Position numbers and translations under genes: made by a program. A stretch of DNA of 63,955 bases, counting the filler, from Octopus bimaculoides (lineage: Eukaryota): the NCBI RefSeq assembly GCF_001194135.2. It is 7 parts of 6 records of this genome, joined end to end, with 100 filler letters (N's around TTAATTAATTAA, not from the genome) between each part and the next. Parts side by side here need not be neighbours in the genome. Positions count along the whole stretch, not along the records: positions 8,587 to 22,503 come from NC_068982.1; positions 22,604 to 49,494 come from NC_068989.1; 5 more parts are not named here. One strand, written 5' to 3'. This document shows positions 12,593-23,430 of this stretch, piece after piece. Position 1 is the stretch's first letter. Every line of letters starts with the position of its first letter. Under the pieces are notes generated by a model. That model saw only the letters and a program-made list of their open reading frames with translations, made no database searches and was not told the DNA's origin.

Positions 12593-13135
12593 ATTGAATC
12601 ACTCCAGAGGACATTCACTAAACGAATTAAGGGCCTGACTGATCTCGATTACTGGGACCGCCTTAAAGCCTTGAAACTCTACTCTCTCCAGCGCCGCCGC
12701 GAGCGGTACATCATCTGCACGATGTGGAGAATATACCGCCAGCATTGCCCAAACGACCTGAACATTAGTTTCAAGGTTCATCCAAGGCTGGGACCACGAA
12801 CCATACGTCCCCTGCCCAATTCAGGATCACAACATATAGGTACACTGCAACACAATTTCTTTTCTTCAACAGGCCCTGCCCTGTTTAACATTGTCCCGAA
12901 ACAGATCAAAGAGGAAAAGGATCCCATCACCTTTAAACAGAGCCTGGGCAGATTTCTTCAAGGAATACAAGATGAGCCATCTGTACCTGGACACAACTCA
13001 CTCAACAAGAACTCACTACTTGAATGGACCTTAATACTACAAAACTTGACTTAAAAAGGAATTAGTTAATCCTATCAGGTGGTGCTATTAAGTCAGACAT
13101 GGCCTGGACCAATCTTTGGTCGAAACATATCTAAG
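12593..13135 (+). mobile_element. 5'-truncated CR1-group LINE 3' end (ORF2 C-terminus + 3' UTR)
   Basis: Frame open 12593-13054: IESLQRTFTKRIKGLTDLDYWDRLKALKLYSLQRRRERY...GPALFNIVPKQIK...FKQSLGRFLQGIQDEP, typical of the CR1-like ORF2 C-terminus. Confidence 0.85.
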
Positions 13136-13644
13136 TTTTATCTAATTGTGAAATTTAGGCCTTATATTGACGATACCTCAATAGCCAAATATCAAATTTG
13201 ATATTTAATGAATTTAATGCATACGTTTCTCGTCAGATAAAGGCTAAAAGAAGGGACAAAAAGCAGCAATAAGTTAGGATGGTGGTGATGATGATGATGA
13301 TGATGATGATGATGGTGTTGCCTGTCTTAAGTCGGTGTGTGTATGTGTTTGTGTTTGTATGTGTATATGTGTATGATATATGTATATGGATGTATGAGCC
13401 TTCTCAGGTCGTATAGAGATTGCTGGAGAAGGTTCATTTACACAGGACCTGCTCAAGGGCAGATCATCCGCCAAACAAGATATCTGTACTTGGGTACACA
13501 CACATACACACACACTCAAACAAACAAATGTGTGTCAGCGTGTGTACACGCACGCACATACACACACACACACACACGTACATACATACATACATGCATG
13601 CATGCATAGACACATACACATACATACATACATACATACATACA

Positions 13645-13678
<34 letters not shown>

Positions 13679-13794
13679 CAAAAATAGCCTGTTGTTGATG
13701 TTGAAATTCGAATGAAAGAGCCTTGGATCTTGGTTAGAAACCGTCTCTTTCTCTATTGACAACAAATCTTGAAAACTGAATAATTATTAATTAT

Positions 13795-13825
<31 letters not shown>

Positions 13826-14755
13826 NNNNNNNNNNNNNNNNNNNNNNNNNNNNNNNNNNNNNNNNNNNNNNNNNNNNNNNNNNNNNNNNNNNNNNNNNNN
13901 NNNNNNNNNNNNNNNNNNNNNNNNNNNNNNNNNNNNNNNNNNNNNNNNNNNNNNNNNNNNNNNNNNNNNNNNNNNNNNNNNNNNNNNNNNNNNNNNNNNN
14001 NNNNNNNNNNNNNNNNNNNNNNNNNNNNNNNNNNNNNNNNNNNNNNNNNNNNNNNNNNNNNNNNNNNNNNNNNNNNNNNNNNNNNNNNNNNNNNNNNNNN
14101 NNNNNNNNNNNNNNNNNNNNNNNNNNNNNNNNNNNNNNNNNNNNNNNNNNNNNNNNNNNNNNNNNNNNNNNNNNNNNNNNNNNNNNNNNNNNNNNNNNNN
14201 NNNNNNNNNNNNNNNNNNNNNNNNNNNNNNNNNNNNNNNNNNNNNNNNNNNNNNNNNNNNNNNNNNNNNNNNNNNNNNNNNNNNNNNNNNNNNNNNNNNN
14301 NNNNNNNNNNNNNNNNNNNNNNNNNNNNNNNNNNNNNNNNNNNNNNNNNNNNNNNNNNNNNNNNNNNNNNNNNNNNNNNNNNNNNNNNNNNNNNNNNNNN
14401 NNNNNNNNNNNNNNNNNNNNNNNNNNNNNNNNNNNNNNNNNNNNNNNNNNNNNNNNNNNNNNNNNNNNNNNNNNNNNNNNNNNNNNNNNNNNNNNNNNNN
14501 NNNNNNNNNNNNNNNNNNNNNNNNNNNNNNNNNNNNNNNNNNNNNNNNNNNNNNNNNNNNNNNNNNNNNNNNNNNNNNNNNNNNNNNNNNNNNNNNNNNN
14601 NNNNNNNNNNNNNNNNNNNNNNNNNNNNNNNNNTCCTACCAACTAATTTTAACTATACTAACCCCTTATTTTCCCGTTTTGCGTGTTTATTCGTCACCAA
14701 TTAACCCAGTGGCTTTCAACTCTGATGATTAACGAATTCTCTATTTTCGTTTCAG

Positions 14756-14903
14756 ATTGCTCAGATGCTTTAAAAAAGGACCACAAGAAACCTGGAGTCT
14801 ATTTAATTCATCCTGTTGGATCACCATACAAAGTTCATTTACTTTGTGTTGACGGCTGGACTGTCATACAAAGACGTTTTGATGGATCAGAAAATTTCCA
14901 CAG
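14756..14903 (+). CDS. Internal exon encoding the start of a fibrinogen-related domain (FReD; FREP/angiopoietin/ficolin-like)
   Basis: Acceptor tttcgtttcag|, donor |gtaag, phases 1/2. Translation (D)CSDALKKDHKKPGVYLIHPVGSPYKVHLLCVDGWTVIQRRFDGSENFHR carries the C..GVY..C..GWTVIQRRxDGSxxFxR signature. Confidence 0.85.
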
Positions 14904-15351
14904 GTAAGAGCTGTAACCGTTAGCATATAATTTATAGTCGCTGTATGGTAAGAAGCTTGCTTCCCAACCTCATGGTTCCGGGTTCAGTCCCACTGCGTGG
15001 CACATTGGGCACGTGTCTTCTACTGTAGCCTCGGACCGACCAAAGCCTTGTGAGTGGATTTCGTAGACGGAAACTGAAAGAAGCCCGTCGTATGTGTGTA
15101 TGTGTCCTACCATCGTTTGACTGCTGGTGTTTGTGTGTTTATGTCCCTGTAACTTAGCGGTTCGGCAAAAATAACCGATAGAATAAGTACTGGGCTTACA
15201 AAGAATAAGTCCTAGGGTCGATTTGCTCGACTAAACGTGGTGCTCCAGCATGGCCACGGTCAAATGGCTGAAACAAGTAAAAGAATAAAAGAATAAAAGA
15301 ATGATCTACACAAATCTACAATGGTTTATGTAACATCTATAATGGTTTACG

Positions 15352-15650
15352 TGGCCTTGTGGTTACGGCGTTGTACTCACGATCGCTAGATCGTAGTTTC
15401 GAATCCCGGACTTGGCGGCGCGCTGTGTTCTTGAGCAAAACACTTCTTTTCGCGTTGCTCCACGATCATTTCGACACATGACACGTGATATACTTCTGCA
15501 TCTGTACAAACAATGTCAATTTGATGGAGAGAGTGATCTAATGCACTGCACAAACATTGGATGACTATAAACAAATCATGTGTGCAAGTTGCCCTGCAAA
15601 AACTGAACACTCACATGTCGTCTTCGACGAGAGATTCCGTATAATAGTTT
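15352..15650 (+). mobile_element. tRNA-headed SINE family E, inserted into a ~20-bp tandem repeat
   Basis: Head GGCCTTGTGGTTACGGCG..GTTTCGAATCCCGG followed by TGTGTTCTTGAGCAAAACACT. Related copy at ~40530-40690. The ATCTATAATGGTTTATGTAA repeat lies on both sides (15305-15350, 15655-15750). Confidence 0.65.
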
Positions 15651-16557
15651 ACTTAAGATCTACGATGGTTTATAGAAAAATCAACACTGGTTTATGTAAA
15701 ATCTATAATGTTTTAGGTCTGTATAAGATCTGTAACGGTTTATGTATTTATGATTTTACTGAGAAGCCAGTACCTGTGACCTTCACGGGTTCCTTTGTTC
15801 AAATCGAGGTCTGTTGGATAAAACTTGGGCATGGAGGGAATTCCTGCTGAGTGATGCTCTGTGACAGAAGTGTAGCGGTGATTCAAAGCCGAACCGTTAG
15901 GTATCCGATCATGCATCCCGATCAAACAACAGTAGTTTCACGTGATCGGTCTATTAAGCAACTAATCGCGTGATTCAATTTTCTAGAACTTTCTCCTTGT
16001 ACCCTATAAAAAGGCCACTTTTGGCGCAAATTGTAAAATGTAGAGGCAGCTGCACGTTGTGTCCTCATTCTCGTCAATGGTTAAGACAAATGGCAGATAA
16101 TCGACAGAAATCTCCGTCACCACGAATATAGCACAAAAGTTTCCAGTTATGATGGGTCAGCTAAAGATTGCTGTATTAGTAAGCTTGTCATAAATCCAAA
16201 ACAGTATATATTTCCTAGTAAGAAATTATTGCTGTTAATATTTGTAAAAGACCAAAAATCTTCCGTTCAATGTTCTAGTCACCACCATTACAGCAAACAC
16301 ACTCGCAACATAAGTATTAAACATGATGGGGTACAGTGTGGCCTAAGGTTGAGATTAGGTTTGACGGTAAACAAGAGTTGTGTGTGCTGTTGAATGGAGT
16401 CGACCTGGTTGGAGGAAGTAGACAACTAATTAGTCTAATTTGTTTTGTTTTTTGTTTAATAACGGTGGAACTTGCAGCGCCCATGACTTCCATCTATATT
16501 TCAGGACTTCCGAGGTTAGTGGGAGGAAGGGTGGCAATTATTCTGAAGCCGAAGTGC

Positions 16558-17025
16558 TGGCTCAAATGCTTATAACCGGCTCAAAAGCTTGTAACTAGCT
16601 CAAAAGCTTGTAACTGGCTCAAATGCTTGTAACCGGCTCAAATGCTTGTAACCGGTTCAAATGCTTGTAACCGGTTCAAATGCTTGTAACCGGCTCAAAA
16701 GCTTGTAACCGGCTCAAAAGCTTGTAACCGGCTCAAATGCTCGTAACCGCCTCCAATTCTTGTAACCGGCTCAAATGCTTGTAACCGGCTCAAATGCTTG
16801 TAACCGGCTCAAATGCTTGTAACCGGTTCAAATGCTTGTAACCGGCTCAAATGCTTGTAACCGGTTCAAATGCTTGTAACCGGTTCAAATGCTTATAACC
16901 GGCTCAAAAGCTTGTAACTAGCTCAAAAGCTTGTAACTGGCTCAAATGCTTGTAACCGGCTCAAATGCTTGTAACCGGCTCAAATGCTTGTAACCGGCTC
17001 AAATGCTTGTAACCGGCTCAAATGT
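16558..17025. repeat. 19-bp minisatellite array 1 (TAACCGGCTCAAATGCTTG)n, ~24 units
   Basis: Direct tandem repeats without spacers. Confidence 0.97.
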
Positions 17026-17109
17026 TTGGTGGTGGTGGTGGGGGGTGTAATTAGAGTATCTGTAGTGTAGTTGTTTTGCATTGTTTGTAATGATGGTGAT
17101 GGTGGTGAT

Positions 17110-17171
17110 GTTGTTGCTGCTGCTGCAGTACTCGTGGTAGTAGTAGTAGTAGTAGCAGCAGAAGCAGCAGC

Positions 17172-17209
<38 letters not shown>

Positions 17210-17459
17210 CAGCAGCAGCATTAGTAGTAGTAGTAGCAGCAGCAGCATTAGTAGTAGTAGTAGCAGCAGCAGCATTAGTAGTAGTAGTAGCAGCAGCAGC
17301 ATTAGTAGTAGTAGTAGCAGCAGCAGCATTAGTAGTAGTAGTAGCAGCAGCAGCATTAGTAGTAGTAGTAGCAGCAGCAGCATTAGTAGTAGAAGTAGCA
17401 GCAGCAGCATTAGTAGTAGAAGTAGTAGTAGCAGCAGCAGCATTAGTAGTAGAAGTAGC

Positions 17460-17512
<53 letters not shown>

Positions 17513-17525
17513 CAGCAGCTGCAGC
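17110..17525. repeat. (GTA)n/(GCA)n microsatellite with a 27-bp higher-order unit
   Basis: Unit TTA(GTA)4(GCA)4 repeated ~9 times. It gives the LVVVVAAAA and poly-Leu ORFs. Confidence 0.95.
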
Positions 17526-18703
17526 AACAGTCGACTTTGCCTTTCATCCTTTCGGGGTCGATAAATTAAGCACCAGTTACACACTGGGGTCAATGTAATC
17601 GACTTAATCCCTTTGTTTGTCCCCTCTCTGTGTAGCCCCTAGTGGGTAGTAAAGAAATAAGAAACGTTAGCACGCCGGGCGAAATGCTTAGCGGTATTTC
17701 GTGTCTTTAAGTTTTGAGTTCGAATTAAGCCGAGGTCGACTTTGCCTTTCATCCTTTCGGGGTCGACTTTGCCTTTCATCCTTTCGGGGTCGATACTGGG
17801 GTCGATCTAATCGACTGGCCCCTTCCCCAAAAATTTCGGGCCTTGTACCTAGAGTAGAAAAGAATATACGTATATAAGTACGTACGTATCCAGGCACATA
17901 CGTATGTTTGTATGTGTGTGTATGTGCGCGCGCGTGTGTGTGCGTTCATTTATAGGCACATAGACACGCTGTTGGTTCGTGTGTGTCATATTCGATGGCG
18001 AAGAACAAAAGCGATCAGATATTCACTGTTCGAATCCACCAGATTCAGAATCTGTAGATACATTATTGTAGAAAGAACCTAACCCGCCGCTAGGAATGGT
18101 GGAAATTTAACGAGTGTGCACAATCGCTAATGAAATTCCAACACAAGGAGTGAAGCATAGCGCTCTTACTTTTTTTGTCCTCGAAAGCACTGCAGATACA
18201 GACCTGTTGTTTACATTCGTCGATAAAAACAATTTGAAGATATATACTATAGAAGGCGAAATTTTGGTATAAACATGATACTTTAGTTAAAGTCCAGCCA
18301 GAGACTGTTTTATTATTCATGCCACAGACGACTAATAATATTTGTGCCATTTACAACATACATCTGTAGAATAATTCTTCTTCTGTGTTGTAAAAACAAT
18401 ATTTAGTATCTTAAATTATATAACATGATTTCTCTACAGACTTTCTATAGAAACTAGAGCAAGCACTGAAAGCTATGACATTTCGTATACGAATACGTCT
18501 ATGTAAACAATGTGATCGCAGATAGAAAAACGGGTAATGGGTGTACATGGATATTTCAGGAGTTCTTGCTCATTCTTCAGTATCACATCGAACCCATTAA
18601 CCATCCACAAACATGTTGCTTAAACAACCAGTAAATTTAGCAATAGATATAAATTATATGTAGTTGACATGAATATATGAAACTATCAGCCACTTAAGTT
18701 TCA

Positions 18704-19300
18704 TAACCGGCTCAAATGCTTGTAACCGTCTCAAATGCTTGTAAGCGGCTCAAATGTATGTAACCGACTCAAATGCTTGTAACCGACTCAAATGCTTATA
18801 ACCGGATCAAATGCTTGTAACCAGCTGAAATGCTTGTAACCGGCGGCTCAAATGCTTGTAACCGTCTCAAATGCTCGTAACCGGCTCAAATGCTTGTAAC
18901 CGGCTCAAATGCTTGTAACCAGCTCAAATGCTTGTAATCGGCCCAAATGCTTGTAACTGGCTCAAATGCTTGTTACCGTCTCAAATGCTTGTAACCGGCT
19001 CAAATGCTTGTAACCGGCTCAAATGCTTGTAACCGGCTCAAATGCTTGTAATNNNNNNNNNNNNNNTAACCAGCTCAAATGCTTGTAATCGGCCCAAATG
19101 CTTGTAACTGGCTCAAATGCTTGTTACCGTCTCAAATGCTTGTAACCGGCTCAAATGCTTGTAACCGGCTCAAATGCTTGTAATCGACTGAAATGCTTGT
19201 AACCGGCTCAAATGCTTGTAAGCGGCTCAAATGTATGTAACCGGCTCAAATGCTTGTAAGCGGCTCAAATGTATGTAACCGGCTCAAATGCTTGTAAGCG
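18704..19300. repeat. 19-bp minisatellite array 2, same unit and orientation as array 1
   Basis: Direct tandem repeats; contains a short N gap. Confidence 0.97.
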
Positions 19301-20538
19301 CTGCAAAATTACCCAAGGTACGGATCATATTATCCTTAAAAGAAAAATGGATATTTTGTATATTACGCGTCTCAACACAACTCCTTACTAATTATTGCCA
19401 ATGAAGGAAATTGTATACAGTGATTTGATCTGCGGCGATTAACAGTGAAAACTCGTTTAAATGAACCCCGTTGTCTTAAAAATGTATAAATATATTCGAT
19501 AAAGTAGTCCTGAATATATGTCTGAAAAGTTGGAATGGTCACAATGTGGATGGTGGTCGAATGACGGGAACAAAACCAGAAGTAGTGTTACTAGTTATGT
19601 CTGGAGGCAAGAGAAACGTGGATCATGGCCTAATTATTCGGTCGACCGAATGCCTGCCTCAAACCGGCTGAAACACAACTGAACTGAGGCTACACAGCAA
19701 TAATAACAATAAGGAGGGAGGCTTCCATGTGGTCGTCCCCCTTGCTAGAAATAGTAATCAACTTACAGTTCGGGAAAGAGACGTGTGTATCCAGTTTAAA
19801 GTAATCCTAAATACGTTATGCTTTAAATAGACAGAATGATCACAGGTGGAGCGTTTTTTTAACATAGGACTGCTTAATCAGGGTTGACACGAGATTAAAC
19901 AATAACAACAACAATAGTAGCAGCAATAGGTGAACCAATGAGTGCGCCTCTACGAACTGAACGAAATAGAAACCAAACTCCTTCATATCACATACTACCA
20001 CCTTAAAATGGAAGACCACAATGAACAATATAGTCGTAGACGGGATTGTAATAACCGTTGGATCAGAGCGGACTTAGGGGTTAAACAACAATAATAAGAC
20101 CAACAATGAATTATCAACTGTTACATCCTCAGTCCCGTCTACTGCTACTACAAAGTTATCTGTTCTACTGAACCATCCAGCCATTCTATTACACATTATC
20201 CGTGGGTTTTATTTCTACATTCCACAAAAAGTTTATAACTACCTTCATCTTCCTTCTCTATAATCACATAAACACATTCAAATAGTGCCGAGTGTGTGTC
20301 TGTGTGTGTGTTCTATTTGCGTGTATCCTTATGTCTGCTTTTGATTCCCCACAATCGCTTGACAACCAGTATTGGTTTATTTATGTCTCAATAACTTACC
20401 AGTTCGGTAAAAGAGAGCGATAGAATAAGTACAAGGCTGTCGATTTGTTCGACTAAACCCTTCAAAGTAGTGTCTCAGAATGGCTGCAGTCCAGTGACTG
20501 AAACAAGCAAAAGATAAAATGTATATGAGTGAGTGAGT

Positions 20539-20584
<46 letters not shown>

Positions 20585-20606
20585 CAGACAGGCAGAAGGC
20601 AGAGAG

Positions 20607-21705
20607 ACAGACAGAGAAATACTCTCAAGGAATTCAGGAGAGATTCTCAAAAGAGTTTATACTCGAAGGATTGGAAAACAACTACTTCTTTGGCGATCAA
20701 TATTACCTACAAATTAAGGCGGTGAGCTGGCAGAATCGTTAGCACACCGGACAAAATGCTAGGCTGCATATCGTCCGCCTTTAAGTTCTGAGTTCAAATT
20801 CTGCCGAGGTCGACCTTGCTTTCATCCTTTTGGGGTTGAAAAATACGTCCCAGTTAAATACTGGGGTCAGTGTAATCGACTTTCTCCTTCCTTTGAAATT
20901 GTTGGTTTTATGCTAAACTTTGAAACCAATATTACCTACAAATACAAGGTGCCGCAATGGAGACAAAAGTCACATCAACGTTTGCGACACTAGTAATGAG
21001 ACATCTGGAAGAAAAACTTTTATGCCCTGATTAGGGTATAGATTTTTGATCATCATTTCCAAACCTAACTACTGAGGAACTGGAAAAGATTCTTGGATGA
21101 CTGCTTCACATTTTTCTTTAAATTCTTTAAATTAATAAGCAGCATTCATGAGTCGGTCGAGTTCACAATGGAAATGAATGAAAGGGAACTCTCTTTACTG
21201 AAAATTCTAATAATTAAATAAAATGTGACAGTTACGACTGATCTCTACTGCAAAGACATAAATACACACCAATGTTTACATTTGAGACCTTGCCACCCTT
21301 CCCACATAAAAAGGAACATACCATTCAATAGGACAAGGCGTATATTTTCAATAGCTACAAACACAAATAAATGAGAGAAACGACAGGTAGAACAAAATAT
21401 GTTACTTCAAAATGCTAATAAGTCCCGCCATAACCAAAGCAAAAGAAATACCGATCTCTGCCTTACAGCTTACAGAGAAGTACTCATACAGAGGCTGCAA
21501 AAAATATATATACAAATATAAATATTCCATTTGTAATTCTAAGAATCACAACATCATGCATTCAGTTAAATGATACCTCACAATTCCACATTAATCATCA
21601 AATCTTCGACAAATAATTTTTTAAAAATCGCAAATCATCAACAGCCGAAGACAACCATCAAATCTCATGAGACTCCTAACAAAGGCGAGATTCACATCTT
21701 ATGTT
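20607..21705 (+). mobile_element. Decayed Penelope-like element RT/thumb remnant, interrupted by a SINE
   Basis: ERFSKEFILEGLENNYFFGDQYYLQI / QGAAMETKVTSTFATLVMRHLEEKLY / RNWKRFLDDCF (catalytic) / PCHPSHIKRNIPFNRTRRIFSI / IINSRRQPSNLMRLLTKARF. These match PLE RT motifs in order. Confidence 0.85.
20715..20926 (+). mobile_element. Family A SINE with a 17-bp target-site duplication
   Basis: CAATATTACCTACAAAT at 20698-20714 and 20927-20943. Confidence 0.9.
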
Positions 21706-21876
21706 ATAGGAATTCTAAGTCTGAAACTAAACTGGAAATCGTCAATACCATTACTAAAAACAACTTCCTCTATACGCATTGGCCCTGAATATGTATATTT
21801 GAATGACGAAAGCGCTTACACATAAAATACACATTATACACAAATTTAGTGACATTCTGTTAAATAAAGATAGTTA

Positions 21877-22024
21877 ATTATTTACATTATTTACATTTGA
21901 CGGATATTTGTTCTCATCTTGTTTGTTGTTAACACAACGTTTCGGCTGATATACCCTCCAGCCTTCATCAGTTGTCTTGGGGAAATTTCGAACCCTGCGT
22001 TCTCATTCCTCAGGTACTTTTCGA

Positions 22025-22058
<34 letters not shown>

Positions 22059-22158
22059 GTTGTTGTTGTTGCTGTTATTATTCAGATCACTGCCTGAAAT
22101 CGAACTCGGAATCTTGGGGTTAGTAGCCACCACTCTTAACCACTACACCATATGTCCG
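21877..22158 (-). mobile_element. tRNA-headed short element carrying a minimal hammerhead ribozyme and a (TGTAAATAA)n tail
   Basis: A-box-like TGGTGTAGTGG (22150-22140), B-box-like GAGTTCGATTTC (22107-22096), an (AAT)n spacer, then AGACAA-CUGAUGA-A-GGCUG(GAGGGUAUAU)CAGCC-GAAAC-GUU-GUGUU at ~21978-21931. Confidence 0.75.
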
Positions 22159-22186
22159 TAGGCAAAAATTAAAGAAACCAGAAATC

Positions 22187-22312
22187 CGTAGTGGTTAAGA
22201 GCGCGGGCTATTAACCCCCAAGGTTCCGAGTTCGATTCCAGGCAGTGACCTGAATAATAATAATGATAATAATAATAATAATAATAACAACAACATTGGA
22301 AAATACCTTAGG
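22187..22312 (+). mobile_element. Truncated, inverted copy of the same tRNA-headed element (head + AAT tract only)
   Basis: GTAGTGGTTAAGAGCGCGGGCTATTAACCCCCAAGGTTCCGAGTTCGATTCCAGGCAGTGACCTG(AAT)n..AAAATACCTTAGG aligns to the reverse complement of 22150-22005. Confidence 0.75.
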
Positions 22313-23039
22313 CTTTTCACCTATGGCAGGGAGGCGGGCGGTTGGAACGTAACATCCGCGATAGTCGAGGGATTACTGCAATAATAGATGAGGGTAAAGT
22401 TCAGGTTGTGATCGCTATTTTCGGAGTTAATAAAATCAAGGATTATTAAGGCAGCGAACTGCCAGAATCGTTGATACGCCGGACAAAATGCTTAGAGGCA
22501 TTTNNNNNNNNNNNNNNNNNNNNNNNNNNNNNNNNNNNNNNNNNNNNTTAATTAATTAANNNNNNNNNNNNNNNNNNNNNNNNNNNNNNNNNNNNNNNNN
22601 NNNGCGGCATTTCTTCCAACTTTATTTTCTGAATTCAAATGCCGGCGGGGACGCCTAAGCCTTTTCATCTTTTCGGGATTGATATAATTGACTTACCCTC
22701 TCATACGAAATTGCTGGCCTTGTGCCAAAATTTGAAACCATTATTAAGTATAAATAGTAAGTTTGATAAAACTAACAGGAAGAGTAGAATGTAACACGGC
22801 GGACTCGGGGAATAGGTGTGTAACATAAGTCGGAGTTTCCTCATTTGTTGCAAAATGTGGTATGCGATAAAACGAAGCAAAAAAAGTAAAAATCTATGAC
22901 ATCATGAGTGAGTGCTGGACATTGTGTTTTCGTCTTCTCCACAGAGCTGAACTGTCAAATACAACTCGCACGTCTGAAACGCTGTCTAAAATGATGTGAA
23001 AAAGAAAGTCTAAGATGCAGAAATAAATAAATAGATATA

Positions 23040-23430
23040 CTCTTTTACTCTTTTACTTGTATCAGTCATTTGACTGCGGCCATGCTGGCGCACCGCCTTT
23101 AGTCGAGAAAATCGACCCCAGGACTTATTCTTTGTAAGCCTAGTACTTATTCTATCGGTCTCTTTTTGCCGAACCGCTAAGTTACGGGGACGTTAACACA
23201 CCAGCATCGGTTGTCAAGCGATAGTGGAAGGACAAACACAGACACACAAACACACATACATATATATACATATATACGACAGGCTTCTTTCAGTTTCCGT
23301 CTACCAAATCCACTCACAAGGCTTTGGTCGGCCCGAGGCTATAGTAGAAGACACTTGCCCAAGGTGCCACGCAGTGGGACTGAACCCGGAACCATGTGGT
23401 TGGTAAGCAAGCTACTTACCACACAGCCAC
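23040..23430 (-). mobile_element. Family B CORE-like SINE (tRNA head + CORE-like GGCACCTTGGGCAAGTG + internal microsatellite + 3' module)
   Basis: Many near-identical copies: - at ~10190-10575, 24505-24880, 39560-39680, 49595-49745, 52215-52550, 59985-60102, 61045-61260; + at ~10935-11315, 14935-15300, 24905-25230, 52760-53110, 55716-56125. Confidence 0.88.

Noticed and set aside
16558-19300. CRISPR-like appearance of the 19-bp arrays
   Set aside because: No spacers, no cas genes, eukaryotic context; a plain minisatellite.
22187-22250. tRNA gene (Asn/Ser-like)
   Set aside because: No acceptor stem; it is the head of a SINE-like element. The same applies to the other tRNA-like heads.
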